Assembly: GCF_006345805.1 (NCBI RefSeq)
Contig: NC_043011.1
Span: forward strand, 55,316,464 to 55,380,463
Reading direction: 5' to 3'
DNA from: Octopus sinensis
Taxonomy: Eukaryota
DNA: 64,000 nt
The position numbers and the translations under genes are program-made. Below the pieces are notes generated by a model, which saw nothing but the letters and a program-made list of their open reading frames with translations, was not told where the DNA came from and ran no database searches. Below, in pieces: positions 12,855-25,084 of this stretch. Within the stretch, counting starts at the first letter, position 1, and the number at the start of each line of letters is the position of its first letter.

Positions 12855-12935
12855 CTCTGTACTAACAGGTAGTCTCCCTGGACGTCCCCCCCTTTTTATA
12901 AGGTGGTGATTGCGCGCGCGCGCGCGTGTGTGTAT
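12855..12935 (-). promoter_or_regulatory. Putative core promoter: TATAAAAA (12900-12893) and an Inr-like TTAGT (about 12863), next to a (CG)n/(GT)n tract
   Basis: Motifs seen directly; local CpG enrichment; about 190 nt of CT-rich putative 5' UTR leads to the ATG at 12670. Confidence 0.45.
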
Positions 12936-13088
12936 GTGTGTGTGTGTGTGTACAATAATGTGTATATAAATATGTATATAAGAAAATACAAAATGGGACA
13001 CGCACGCAAAACATTCAGACAGTCGGGTGATACAAGAAAGGGACAACAAAACATGCAGACAGACGATGCAAAGAAAACGAGGACGGGT

Positions 13089-13121
<33 letters not shown>

Positions 13122-13489
13122 ACACAAACACACAATGGCTGAAATTCTATTCCAAGCAATGTCATTCTTTGGTTGTTGTCTTATAGCATCATGGATGTGA
13201 CGAATGTGGCTTGTCATAAACTGTTAAGGTCCTGCACCATTTTTTTGCAGAGATGTGACAATAACGAGCACCTCTTGCAGCAGGCGTTCAAAGAGCTTTA
13301 CCAGCCTCTCTGACTCACACCCTCTTTCGTTCCAGCAGAGAATCTTCAATTCACTACTCCGCCCTTTCCAGCTGCAGCCAGCCATAATATGCAGCGCATA
13401 ATAGAGATGCTGAGAAGAGAGTGATGCCAGTTCGTGAAGCTTTTTAAAGGGAGGGGATGGTCTTGCACGGGGCCATCACCGTTCTCTAA

Positions 13490-13860
13490 ATCACACACAC
13501 ACACACACATGCAAACATGCTCACACACACACACACACACACACATACAAACATCCTCATATGCACACACACACACACACACACACATGCTCATATGCAC
13601 ACACACACACACACACACACACATGCTCATATGCACACACCACACACACATGCAAACATGCTCATACACACACACACACACACATGCAAACATGCTCATA
13701 TGCACACACACACACACACACATGCATACATGCTCATACACACACACACACACACACATGCAAACATGCTCATACATACAAACACACACATACACACACA
13801 CACATGCAAACATGCTCACACACACACACACACACACACATACATGCACACAGACAGACA
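13490..13860. repeat. CA-rich minisatellite (unit ATGCAAACATGCTCATATGC(AC)n)
   Basis: About 9 units visible. Confidence 0.9.
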
Positions 13861-13884
13861 CATATGTATGTGTGCATGCACATA

Positions 13885-14050
13885 GCTACAGGCTTGATTG
13901 TGTGGTTTGCTTCCCAACCACATGGTTCCGGGTTCAGTCCCACTGCATGGCACTTTGGGCAAGTGTCTTCTACTGTAGCCCTGGCTTAACCAAAGCCTTG
14001 TGAGTGGGTCCGGTAGATGGAAACTCAAAAGCAACCTATTTCGTGTGTGT
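13885..14050 (+). mobile_element. 5' half of SINE family C, degenerate
   Basis: CATGGTTCCGGGTTCAGTCCCACTG...TTTGGGCAAGTGTCTTC. Confidence 0.75.
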
Positions 14051-14311
14051 GTGTGAATAGCAAGAAAACCCAAACTGCATGAATAACACTTTGCTGGCAG
14101 TAAGATGATTATTGCTGCGGAGGACAGGGTCAGGGTTACAGTCTATGACTCTTCCCGACAGGATCGGAATCTACATCAGGCTCTTTACAGGTAAAAAAAA
14201 AATAAAGGAAGTTGGGGTCTGGTTTCAATCTTGTTTTGGAGAGTTACCTGCGAAAGGTTTCAATTATCAGACAGAGTAATGAGTAATGAGTTGAGCAAAA
14301 TAACATCTAAG

Positions 14312-14490
14312 GTAAAAAGCACCCACTACACTCGCGGAGTGGTTGGGGTTAGGAAGAGCATCCAGCTGTAGAAACACTGCCAGATCAGACTGGAGCCTGG
14401 AGCAGCCCCTGGCTCCCCAGACCCCGGTCGAACCGTCCAACCCGTGCTAGCGCGGAAAACGGACGTTAAACAATGATGATGATGATGATG
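14312..14490 (+). mobile_element. RTE 3' UTR tip (family A)
   Basis: Ends GGACGTTAAACAATGATGATGATG. Confidence 0.8.
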
Positions 14491-15639
14491 AATATGAATA
14501 AAAACAAATGGGCCCAGCACAAAGCATGATAAATACCAGGAGCAGGTGGCATACTTGATTATTTTACTTTTTAAGGGTTTTCCTTTTGTTTTTGTTTTAA
14601 CTTAATATTTTGCAATCATAACCACATTGTTGAGTCTCGAAAAAAAAAAAAAAACTTAATTTTAGAAGTAACATCTAAATATGGGGTGTGGGCAGCATGG
14701 AGGGTTCCAGATGAATAGATTTGTTACATAGCATCTAAGCTATGAAATGTTAAGAAAAATTAGGAAGGGCCATCATGGATAACAAAGAGATCCTTCTTTC
14801 TCCTCAGGTTGAATATAAAATAATTCAAATGATCAGTGCTTATGTTGAGATAAGTCAAATATTATGGATGGACTGAATAAAGTACATAAAAAGTTTTTAA
14901 TTAATTATAAAGTACATAAAAAGTTTTTAAGTAATTACAATTTTCCTCTTGGTTGGTGCAAGAAAATGATAACCTAGTAGGAGACAATTTTAATAATTAC
15001 TAATGAATTAAAATATTAATTCATTAAATTATTTTAATTCCTATACTTAAGGTGAAGTTTGATTTTTGTTAGCATGGGCAGAGACAACAACAGACATGTT
15101 TCAGTCTTAATGGAACTCGTTAGCAACACATAAAAACTATACAGAACAACTTAGTCAATAAATATAAGTCTTTACATTTAGCAAAAAGGTACAATAATTT
15201 TTGGTTAGCAGTAATTTGCATAATACAAAGTGAAACTGAGTTAAGGTAAACAACAAGCCAATGGCATGGATGGAGGTAAATTAAGTATGTACAGATGTGT
15301 TGTGAGTGATGATGATGATGATGTATAAAACAAATTCTTAATGAAGAATTAGAGGAGGAAAGAAAGAAAACACCTAGCGGCATTTGACAGTAAGTCGCAA
15401 AGACAAGGGAGATAATTTCACTAAAAGGGCTGATTTAGACAAAAGGACATCAGTTTTAAGTGAACGGTTTAATCAAAGCCAATGACCCCACAATTTGACT
15501 GGTACTTTTGTTGAGCCAGAAACTGTAAGGAAACCCTACAGCTAAATAGAAGAAAGTTTACAATTACCTTCATGTCTTTAACTGAAATTGAAGAAATATT
15601 CTTTTCTACTCTAGGCACAAGGTCCAAAATTTTGGGGGA

Positions 15640-15810
15640 GGAACCAGTTGATTAGATCGACCCCAGTACACAACTGGTACTTAATTTATCGACCCCGAAA
15701 TGATGAAAGGCAAAGTTGACCTTGGTGGAATTTGAATTCAGAACGTAAGGACAGACGAAATACCACGAAGCATTTCACCCAGCGTGCGAACGTTTCTACC
15801 GGCTCCACTG
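15640..15810 (-). mobile_element. SINE family B, 3'-shortened
   Basis: Reverse complement of the B head and core. Confidence 0.7.
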
Positions 15811-16531
15811 CTTCAGAAGTTGAGGAAATAAACTGTGCCTCGATGTGTGCACAATAAGTGTCATGTTTTATTCCGCAAGTACCTTGTTTCTTATTGTGCA
15901 CATACCACAAATAAGTGAAATTAATAAAGCATTTCATATCCGCATATCAAGTATATAGCCCAAACCCATATCTCATTTCAACAGAAGAGGAATAGAAAAC
16001 TGTTCAATAAAATAACTGCCATAAGAGAAATCAAAGAACTGATTCCATTTCAGGGTAATTTGGAAGCCGTGAGGCTCAGGTTTTTCCAAAAAGCTTAAAA
16101 GAAATAAACTGTGCCACAATGTGTGTGCAAATAAGAGTCATGTTTTATTCCCCAAGTACCTTCTTTCTTATTGAGCACATACCACAAATAAGTGAAATTA
16201 ATAAAGCGTTTCATATCCGCATTTCATATAGCCGAACCCATTTCCTACCAAACAAGACAATCTGACATCAATGTTACAACACGTCCACAAAACCAGATAT
16301 TGATGTGCCAATAGAAACCAACAAGTTTCAACAGCTGGAAACTATCATGAAGCAGGTGGCATACTTGATTATTTCACTTTTTAAGGGTTTTCTTATTTGT
16401 TTTTGTTTTAACTTAATATTTTGCAATCATAAACACATTGTTGAGTCTCAAAAAAAAAAAAAAAAAAATTAATTTTAGAAGCAATTTGTAAATAGAATTA
16501 CAGAAGGAAGCTCTGTTATTATTTACATGAT

Positions 16532-16834
16532 GTGACCGACCAGGCTATCAGATGTTGTTACACATCGCTGGTCACAATGCGCTTCACATTGTTTTAGCCT
16601 TCAAATGGCGCCACCCCGCTGGCTAAGCGAGCAGGCCAACAGAAGAAAGAGTGAGAGATGGTTGTGGCGAAAGAGTACAGCAGGGATCGCCACCACCACC
16701 CATTGCCGGAGCATCGTGGAGCTTTTTAGGTGTTTTCGCTCAATAAACACTCACAACGCCCAGTCTGGGAATCGAAACCGCAATCCCACGACCACGAGTC
16801 CGCTGCCCTAAACACTGGGCCATTGCACCTCCAC
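16532..16834 (-). mobile_element. SINE family F, full length
   Basis: Collinear with 8861-9145. Confidence 0.85.
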
Positions 16835-17048
16835 CTGTTATTATAATACAGCGTAAATGAATGTCACTCTTTATTCTGACATGGAATATTTGCAGCACAG
16901 TAGCAAAGCAATAACAGCAAGAATATTGAATTTTCTACACGTAGAGAATCAGTTCTTGTTTCCCTGAAACAATAAGCAACTAACCAAAGACAGGAAAGAT
17001 GAAAGCTGTTCTACCAATACAGAGTTAAATTTCTGAAAATGTATAGGC

Positions 17049-17455
17049 ACAGGAGTGGCTGTGTGGTAAGTAGCTTGCTTACCAACCACATGGTTCCCGG
17101 TTCAGTCCCACTGTGTGGCACCTTGGGCAAGTGTCTTCTACTATAGCCTCGGGCCGACCAAAGCCTTGTGAGTGGATTTGGCAGACGGAAACTGAAAGAA
17201 GCCCATCGTATATATGTATATATATATATGTGTGTGTGTGTGTGAATGTTTGTATGTCAGTGTTTGTCCCCCTAGCATTGCTTGACAACCAATGCTGTGT
17301 GTTTATGTCCCCCGTCACTCAGCGGTTCGGCAAAAGAGACCGATAGAATAAGTACTAGGCTTACAAAGAATAAGTCCTGGGATCGATTTGCTCGACTAAA
17401 AAGGCGGTGCTCCAGCATGGCCACAGACAAATGACTGAAACAAGTAAGTAAGTAA
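17049..17455 (+). mobile_element. SINE family C, full length
   Basis: Collinear with 1707-2095. Confidence 0.85.
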
Positions 17456-17631
17456 AAAGGTTACGACACAAGTAGATTGGTTTATCAGACATTAAAGTGT
17501 GGAGGATGAGATTCTAAAATTAAACTTGAATGAAATAAAGCTGAAACAGAAATGAGAAAGACAAAAAAAAATTGAGTTTCTCACTTTTAAATTTTTATTT
17601 TGGCTGAAAAAGACCTTCAGAAAATTTGGAT

Positions 17632-17824
17632 ATTCTTTTACTTGTTTACTGCGGCCATGCTGGAGCACCGCCTTTAATCGAGCAACTCGACCCCGGGACT
17701 TATTCTTTGTAAGCCCAGTACTTATTCTATCGGTCTCTTTTGCCGAACCGCTAAGTAACGGGGACATAAACACACCATCATTGGTTGTCAAGCGATGTTG
17801 GGGGGGATAAACACAGACACACAA

Positions 17825-17857
<33 letters not shown>

Positions 17858-17859
17858 AT

Positions 17860-17935
<76 letters not shown>

Positions 17936-18000
17936 ATATATACATATATGACAGGCTTCTTTCAGTTTCTGTCTACCAAATCCACTCACAAGGCTTGAAT
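17632..18000 (-). mobile_element. SINE family C, head-truncated, with an expanded internal (TA)n
   Basis: Reverse complement of the C body and tail. Confidence 0.85.
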
Positions 18001-18104
18001 ACAAAACTTATTGATATTAATATAAGAAACAGCAAAAGGTATGTGATTATTTCTCATCAGCTGATCACAATATTTAAAAGTCATCTTTGCCACTGCCACC
18101 ACTG

Positions 18105-18409
18105 GTGGAGGCATATGGCCTAGTGGTTAGAGCAACGGACTCGCAGTCGAGGGATCATGGGTTTGAATCTCAGACCGGGCGATGTGTGTGTTTATGAGCG
18201 AAACACCTAAGCTCCATGCGGCTCCAGCAGAAGGTAATGGTGAAACTTCTGCTGACTCTTTCGCCACAACATTCTCTCACTCTTTCCTCCTGCATCTTGC
18301 AGCTCACCTACGACGGACCGGCGGCCTGTCCAGGTGGGGAACCAATACGCCAAGGAAACCGGGAAACCGGCCCTTATGAGCCAGGCATGGCTCAAGAAGG
18401 AACAAACGA
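18105..18409 (+). mobile_element. tRNA-derived SINE family E
   Basis: A box TGGCCTAGTGG, B-box-like GTTTGAATCTC; second copy at 52966-53272; possible imperfect 12-bp TSD C(T/C)GCC(A/C)CCACTG. Confidence 0.85.
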
Positions 18410-18959
18410 CCGCCCCCACTGCGGCACTCTTCAAGAGTGGACACAAAGTCAGTGACTATATAACATTTTGATATTCGATCGGCACAAAAAGGAAAAGTAA
18501 AATCAGACACTAGTTGGGTAATTATTCTATCAACCACTTTTTCCAAGTCACTAATCTAAAAGAAGATAAACAAACCAACACCAGTTATCAAGTGATGAGA
18601 GACAAACATAAATACAACCACACACACACACACACATACATGTATCCATGTTTGGTGGGAGTATGTGCATGCATATGTATTTGTATGTGTTTGAGTATAT
18701 ATGTATATGTGCATGTGTGTTTGTGTGTGTGTGTACGTGTGCCCATGTGCGTGTGTGTGTGTGTGTGCATGTCCATTACTTTCCTTTCAGTTTATATAAG
18801 TTATGGAGAGAGTTCAAACCAGATGCTAAGAACAAAGTGACAAGACTTTTTTCCAGTTAAGACAGTTCTCAGTGTTTGTAAATATGTGGTCCACATCTGT
18901 TGGGCAGCAGCTGACCTCTACAACAGTGCATGACCTTTGGTCCCTCTCCCACAGAACAA

Positions 18960-21033
18960 TATGTATGTATGTCATTGTTCAGTTTATCTCAAGATTTCTT
19001 GTCAATAGAGAAAGAACCGGTTTCTAACCTAGATCCAAGGTTCCTTCATTGGAATTTCAACATCAACAACAGGGTATGTATGTATGTGCGTGTATGTGTG
19101 TGTGTGTGCATATGTATGTATGTGTGTGTGTATGTATGTATGTATGTATGTATGTATGTATGTATGTATGTATGTATGTATGTATGTATGTATGTATGTA
19201 TGTGCGTGTATGTGTGTATGTATGTGTGTATGTATGTATGCATGTATATGTGTGTATGTGTGTATGTATGTATGTATGTATATATGTATGTATGTGCGTG
19301 TATGTGTGTATGTATGTATGTATGTATGTATGCATATAAGTGTGTGTATGTATGTATGTATGTATGTATGTATGTATGTGTGTATGTATATGTGTTAGTA
19401 TGTGTGTGTGTATATGTGTATGTATGTATGGATGTATGTGTGTATGTATGTATGTGTTTATGTGTGTATGTATGTATGCATGCATGTATGTATGTATGTA
19501 TGTATGTGCAGATTCGTATGTTTCATGTCTGTATTCTCATGCATATAGTTACATATCTAGACATGCTCATATATATTTAAATGATAAACTTCTGGAAAGT
19601 TTTACAGATTCTTACAGTTCCAGTGATGGCTTAGATCTGTATTCTTCGAATTAGCATTCTCCTTCCTGGTTTTGAGAAGCCTAATTTCTCAAGATTGGCA
19701 TTTAGGCAGGGTGTTGCATATCCAAGGGCACCAATAATTACAGGTATAAACCTGAACTTGTAATCAGGATAGAGTAACTGCAGATTTCTCAATAGTTCAG
19801 GATGGGGCATTCTCTTTTTCACTGATCTTCAGATTTATGTTAACATCCGCTGGGCAGCTAATTTTCACAACTGTACACAGTTTCTCTTCTCTGTTCCAAA
19901 TCATTATACCAGCTCCGTTGTGCTTACATTTTATTGAGGTCTTCACTGGGACATTCCACCAGTATTCCTTTTTATTATGAGTGGCTATGGCTTCCATCAT
20001 ATTGTGGGTTCTCATTCCTTTGTCCTCAGAGATATCCTTCCGACAGATTTCATTATATAAGTCCCAGATACAACATCCTGTCTCACCAGTAGATAATACT
20101 GTAATGACATTTTCAGACAACTGCTAACGATGTGGGTGATATCTTCAGTGTTAACTCCACAAAGTCTGCATCTGTTGTCAGATTTTACGGCTTTTCCAGC
20201 ATCTCTATCCCTTTTGTGCATCAGGTACTTGGTTGATATTTCCTGATCCTGGATTGCAAACGCATAACCTTTCAAAGTGGGAGGTAGTAATCCAGCTACT
20301 GGTCCATGATAGACTGCCTTCGTGATCAATGTTACTACCATCTTGGAGATTTCTACAAACATATCCATACATAGACTTCTCTGCATAAACACACTCATCC
20401 TTTCATCTGATGACACATTGTAGTAGAGTTATGTGACTTCTTTGGGCATGTATCTTAGGTTATCAGACAAACAATGTTGCTTAAGTAGCTGCCTTCAAAG
20501 TCTTACAATGTTATCAGCCTCATGTATGCTAACTTGGTCAAGAGATGCACTCTGATACTTGGTGGTTAAAAGATGTTGCCGAAGGGATATGATACAACAT
20601 TCAAAGCATTTTAGATCGATTTTAAGCCTCTGCCGCCTTGATTTCATTTTAGGTAGAGGCAGTCAACATCACAGTTTATGAGGAAATTATGTGTGCTTGT
20701 TAGAATTTTTCGGGTTTTCACATCAATGGCTCAGATCTCTTCAAGCGTCTAATCAAGTGTTGGTATGAGTACTGGCGCTACAAACCCATTGTGGGCCACT
20801 ATTATTGAATGCAGAGAGTTCTGAGGTCCAAATTTTCTTTATTCAGCTGTAATATTCTTTAGTGACACGTGTTTTGTTACAGGTGCCATTGTAAGATATG
20901 TTTTCATTCACCCCTAGATACCTGTAACATTCCTCATCAGATACAGATGTTGCTAGTCTGGTTTATAGTTTTCCCTCCTTTTCACAATGGAATAACATTT
21001 ATCCTGACCAAACTCCAATCCTACATCCTTTGG
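18960..21033 (-). mobile_element. R4/Dong-like (RLE-type) non-LTR retrotransposon, 3' part: RT C-terminus, CCHC knuckle, restriction-like endonuclease and 3' UTR with (CATA)n; decayed
   Basis: Minus frames: KDVGLEFGQDKC, YRYLGVNEN, QGGRGLKSI, RCRLCGVNTEDITHIVSSC, EYWWNVPVKTSIKCKHN, FRFIPVIIGALG. Assignment of 18960-19075 to the 3' UTR is inferred. Confidence 0.85.
19075..19510. repeat. (TATG)n/(TG)n microsatellite
   Basis: Direct inspection. Confidence 0.95.
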
Positions 21034-21517
21034 TCAATAACATTATCACAGCAGAAAAAGCAGCTGTGAAAAAGGGAGTCTGGGGACGTGCCGAGCAATT
21101 GCTAATCAACAAAACTGTAATGTCAGTTATGCGAGAGCATAGGAGGAACCTAGTTTCAATGTGGTTAGATTACTAGAAAGCCTTTTTATTCTGTTCCCCA
21201 CTCATGGATGCTAGAAGCCCTTCAACTTGCTAAGGTTACAGTGAGTATATTGACTTCATCATGGGCCACCATCTTGAAATTAAACACAAAGAGTGATTGT
21301 ATTATCACCAATAGAATACAGTATCACAGAGGCATATTCCAAAGGGACAGCCTCTCTGTGATGTTGTTCATGCTTTCTGTAACCCCTTGTTATTCATGTT
21401 AAGGAAGTCTGAAGGAAATCTCATTGGTTCACAAGGAGACGAACATACCAAAATTACACACTGTTTCTTTGTGGATGACTTGAAACTTTATGAAAAAGAG
21501 CCTTGACATAGTCACAT
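21034..21517 (+). mobile_element. Inverted 5' segment of the same R4/Dong-like element (RT core)
   Basis: Plus frames: NNIITAEKAAVKKGVWGRAEQLLINK, WLDY*KAF, VPHSWMLEAL, RGIFQRDSLS, FFVDDLKLYEK, SLDIVT. Confidence 0.85.
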
Positions 21518-21608
21518 TAAAATAGTTCCTACCGATAATGGTTACATTTCCATACCGAAATCTACCCGGAAATAATTGTTGATTTTAAAATTAATAATTA
21601 TTTACCCT

Positions 21609-21639
<31 letters not shown>

Positions 21640-22314
21640 AGAGTTATTCTGTTATAGTGAACCTGGCTATTAATCTGCTACAGTCAATCTAATAAACAAG
21701 TTACAATAGACAAGATAGAAAAAAGAAAAAAAAGAAAAAGAAAATACTTAATAACAGATACAATGAGAGAATCAAATCTCACCAGTTTCCAGATGGTTCT
21801 AAAACAGTCATGTCTTTTGTATCAAAAGTTAACCATACTTTTCTCTGATAGAAAGTTACAAAAAAAGTTGTAACTGGATGAAGATAACTTTTCATGGAAA
21901 TAAAAGTAGCCTTGTCTCTATTAAGCATTAATATAGTAACTATAAAAGACTAATTCTACTTTTGGCTTTGATTATGTCTAGATTTAACCTAGAAGGAATA
22001 CAAGACCTCCTTAAATAAATCAAAAGTTTGATGCAGTTTGATTGTTGTTGGAACCAGTTGATATAATTCTTACGACTTTCTAGAACCTTCAAACCTTGGT
22101 GACTGAGAGAGCTTCTAAGCAGTCAAACAATCCACAAGAAATAGCAGACAAATTCCTCTCATATAATATTTTACCATCTTTCAAAGAAAAAAGCCACACC
22201 TGCACAATGTAGTCCAGGATGTACAAATAGAAGGGATGGTCACATCTGGATGGCATGAAACAACAAAACAACAACATTCTCAAACGATTTTTCCAGAACA
22301 ATTTTTCAGAATCA

Positions 22315-22580
22315 ATGTTTGAGTGAGTCTCAAGCAATGCTGGGGTGGGGGACGAACACAGACACACAAACATATACACACACATACATACATATGTATG
22401 TATATATATACATATATACGACAGGCTTCTTTCAGTTTCCATCTACCAAATCCACTCACAAGGCTTTGGTTGGCCCGAGGCTATAGTAGAAGACACTTGC
22501 CCAAGGTGCCACGCAGTGGGACTGAACCCAGAACCATGTGGTTGGTAAGCAAGCTACTTACCACACAGCCACTCCTGCGC
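22315..22580 (-). mobile_element. SINE family C, 5' two-thirds
   Basis: Reverse complement of the C head, core and microsatellite. Confidence 0.85.
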
Positions 22581-22949
22581 CTATGTATATTAATAAAAAG
22601 ATGTTAACATCAGTAAAATAACAAAAAAAGAAAATGGTGCTTTTGAATGAAAACATCTTTTACTAGAGTAGAATGAAACAGCAACTGGACAACTGAAAAC
22701 CTGTGGTTTTATAGTTTACTGGACAAAAAATTGGACAAAAACTACATAACCTGCTTATTAAATTGCAGGTAGATGCATGTTTGCATGAACAGTTGCATAT
22801 ATGAAGAGGCATATGCATTCTGATGCAAAAATCTCAACCATTTAATTGTTTAAATTTCTTTCAAATGCTTCATGTAAATGTTCAATTATTTTCAATGTTT
22901 AAAGCATTGCACTATATTTCTATTATTATTATTATCATTATTATTATTA

Positions 22950-23495
22950 TTGAGTTAGAGAGCAGTGCATGCCATCAAAGTGACACTGGGGTAAAATATA
23001 CGAAACCCAGTATACCCATCATGACTACCCGTCTGATAAGGGTACACTAGGCACATGCATCATAACCATATGTGCGCGACATGGTTATCTCATATCATGA
23101 TAAACAGCACATGACCTTGCAGGTGGGGCCCAGTTAGAATTTTCTTTTGGTCGAGTAACCCATCCCACTCAAAAGGTCCCTGAGTAGGGGTTGTTTAAGG
23201 ATGTTGAACGAAACACCCATGTTTCCAAAGGTGAATTATTCAAACCCTGAAGAATTTCTCTCAACACATGGTTATGATGCACCCCCATTCTTCCTGCTTG
23301 TGATCAGTGATGCACATATCGTCAGCCACTAAGGGACATGTTCAACTGGTTAAGGTCAAACGACTGACAAGCAAATCTGTGGTATTGAGCAGAATATTTA
23401 CTGTAGCTCATCTTTTATACCAAGATAAAACAATGTACATGATAACACTTCCAATCAGTTAAGATCAAAAGCAATGAGAGCCTCTGCCTGGTACT
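22950..23495 (-). mobile_element. About 530-bp unclassified interspersed-repeat-like segment ending in an (AAT)n tail on the minus strand (possible LINE 3' UTR)
   Basis: GC-richer block abutting (ATT)n; only one copy here, so the classification is inferred. Confidence 0.45.
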
Positions 23496-24020
23496 TGTTA
23501 TAATTTTTCTTTGTTAAACTGTTTTTTACTCGGATTTTACAAATGGACAAAACCCTTTGTAACCTTGCGTCCTGTTTGTCCCTTTATGTTATAATTAATT
23601 TTTGTCAGCCCTTGTGGCCAATAAAAGAATTAATTATTATTATCCTTATTATTATTATTTTTTTTTTTGTTTTTTGTTTTTTTGTTGAAGAGAAATATTT
23701 TAGTGAAAACACAAATCTGCTTCAAGAGATTTGGTTTTTATTCCGTAGGAATTATTTTTAAAGAATTGAAATAACAAAAAATTATCACAAGACATCAACG
23801 ACTAACTAACAGCTTTTAATAGTAATGGTAAATGCAATATATAACTAATTAACAACAATACAGTTAATTAGAATAGCTTACAATCATATATTATTTAAAT
23901 TTGGGGTATTAGAAGCTACATGATAAAAATTAACAATGACGTTTCATGTCTGGCAGACACACAACAATGAGCATCACTGATAACCATGCATCTGTTTATA
24001 TTTAAATTAGAAATTAGTAA

Positions 24021-24249
24021 TTAACCATTTAGCATTCGGATTATTACTCTGTCAAATGTAATGCTCATTTAGTCATTATTTTTAATTATTTGTGCATTAT
24101 CTCATATGTTTGATCTTTTGATGATGTGATTGCTTATTTTTAGAATGACATTGTAGGATAGGTGTGAGAGGCTGGATCTGGCCAGTTTGAGCATAAAACA
24201 GGTAAAATATTTCAACTGGACATAGCCAGTTTAAATGCTAAAGGGTCAA
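24021..24249. mobile_element. piggyBac-type MITE family J (TTAA + CC(C/A)TTTAGCATT TIR)
   Basis: TTAACCATTTAGCATT ... AATGCTAAAGGGTCAA; copy at 42725-42938. Confidence 0.75.
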
Positions 24250-24748
24250 AAACGCTAAAAATTAACAATGATATATATAATGTTTGAAATATACCAAGGG
24301 ACATCTTTGATAACCATGCGTCTGTATAATTACAATTAGGATATTAGAAACAACCAATTAAAAGTGATTGGGATTAACAACATTTAATTAACAACATGTT
24401 TGACAATGATGCATTTGTGTGTAATTAAATTAGAAGTTATTAATTAAAAGCGATAGGAATTGGTGTGGTTTAATGAGTGACAGGCCTACGACAAAGCAAC
24501 ATCTTTGGTAACCATGCATTAAATAGAAGGTCATGCACAGAGACAAAGATACAATACCTCAACACTTGCAGATCCCATGTTTGATGGTGTGAGTACCTAT
24601 GGGAGGAAGATTACTTATCGAACCAGCACTGACACAAGTTAAGAACTCAGAAACTGAAAAGAAACAAGTAGAGGTTATTTATTTTCAAAACCAATAAATA
24701 TATACACGCAAACACAAACACAACACATTTACAGAAACAAGATTTATT

Positions 24749-24894
24749 TCAGCGTGGAAGAAGGTGTTTATAAGCCATTTAAGAAACACACAAAAACCGT
24801 TAGATTCACTTCAACATTTAAGTTTGATTTGTCGAAACATATTTTTCGTTGCTTTGAGACCGCGACCTCTCCACTGACAAAACATCGTGCTGCA
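24749..24894. mobile_element. About 145-bp MITE family H
   Basis: Short TIR (TG)CAGCG.../...GCTGCA; second copy at 40095-40235. Confidence 0.65.
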
Positions 24895-24917
24895 TCTGAG
24901 AAAGTAACGGTTAGTTC

Positions 24918-24932
24918 ATGATATATATGTAC

Positions 24933-24966
<34 letters not shown>

Positions 24967-25053
24967 ATGTGTGTATGTATGTATGTATGTATGTATGTAT
25001 GTATGTATGTATGTATGTGTGTATGTATGTATGTGTGTGTATGTATGTATGTA

Positions 25054-25084
<31 letters not shown>

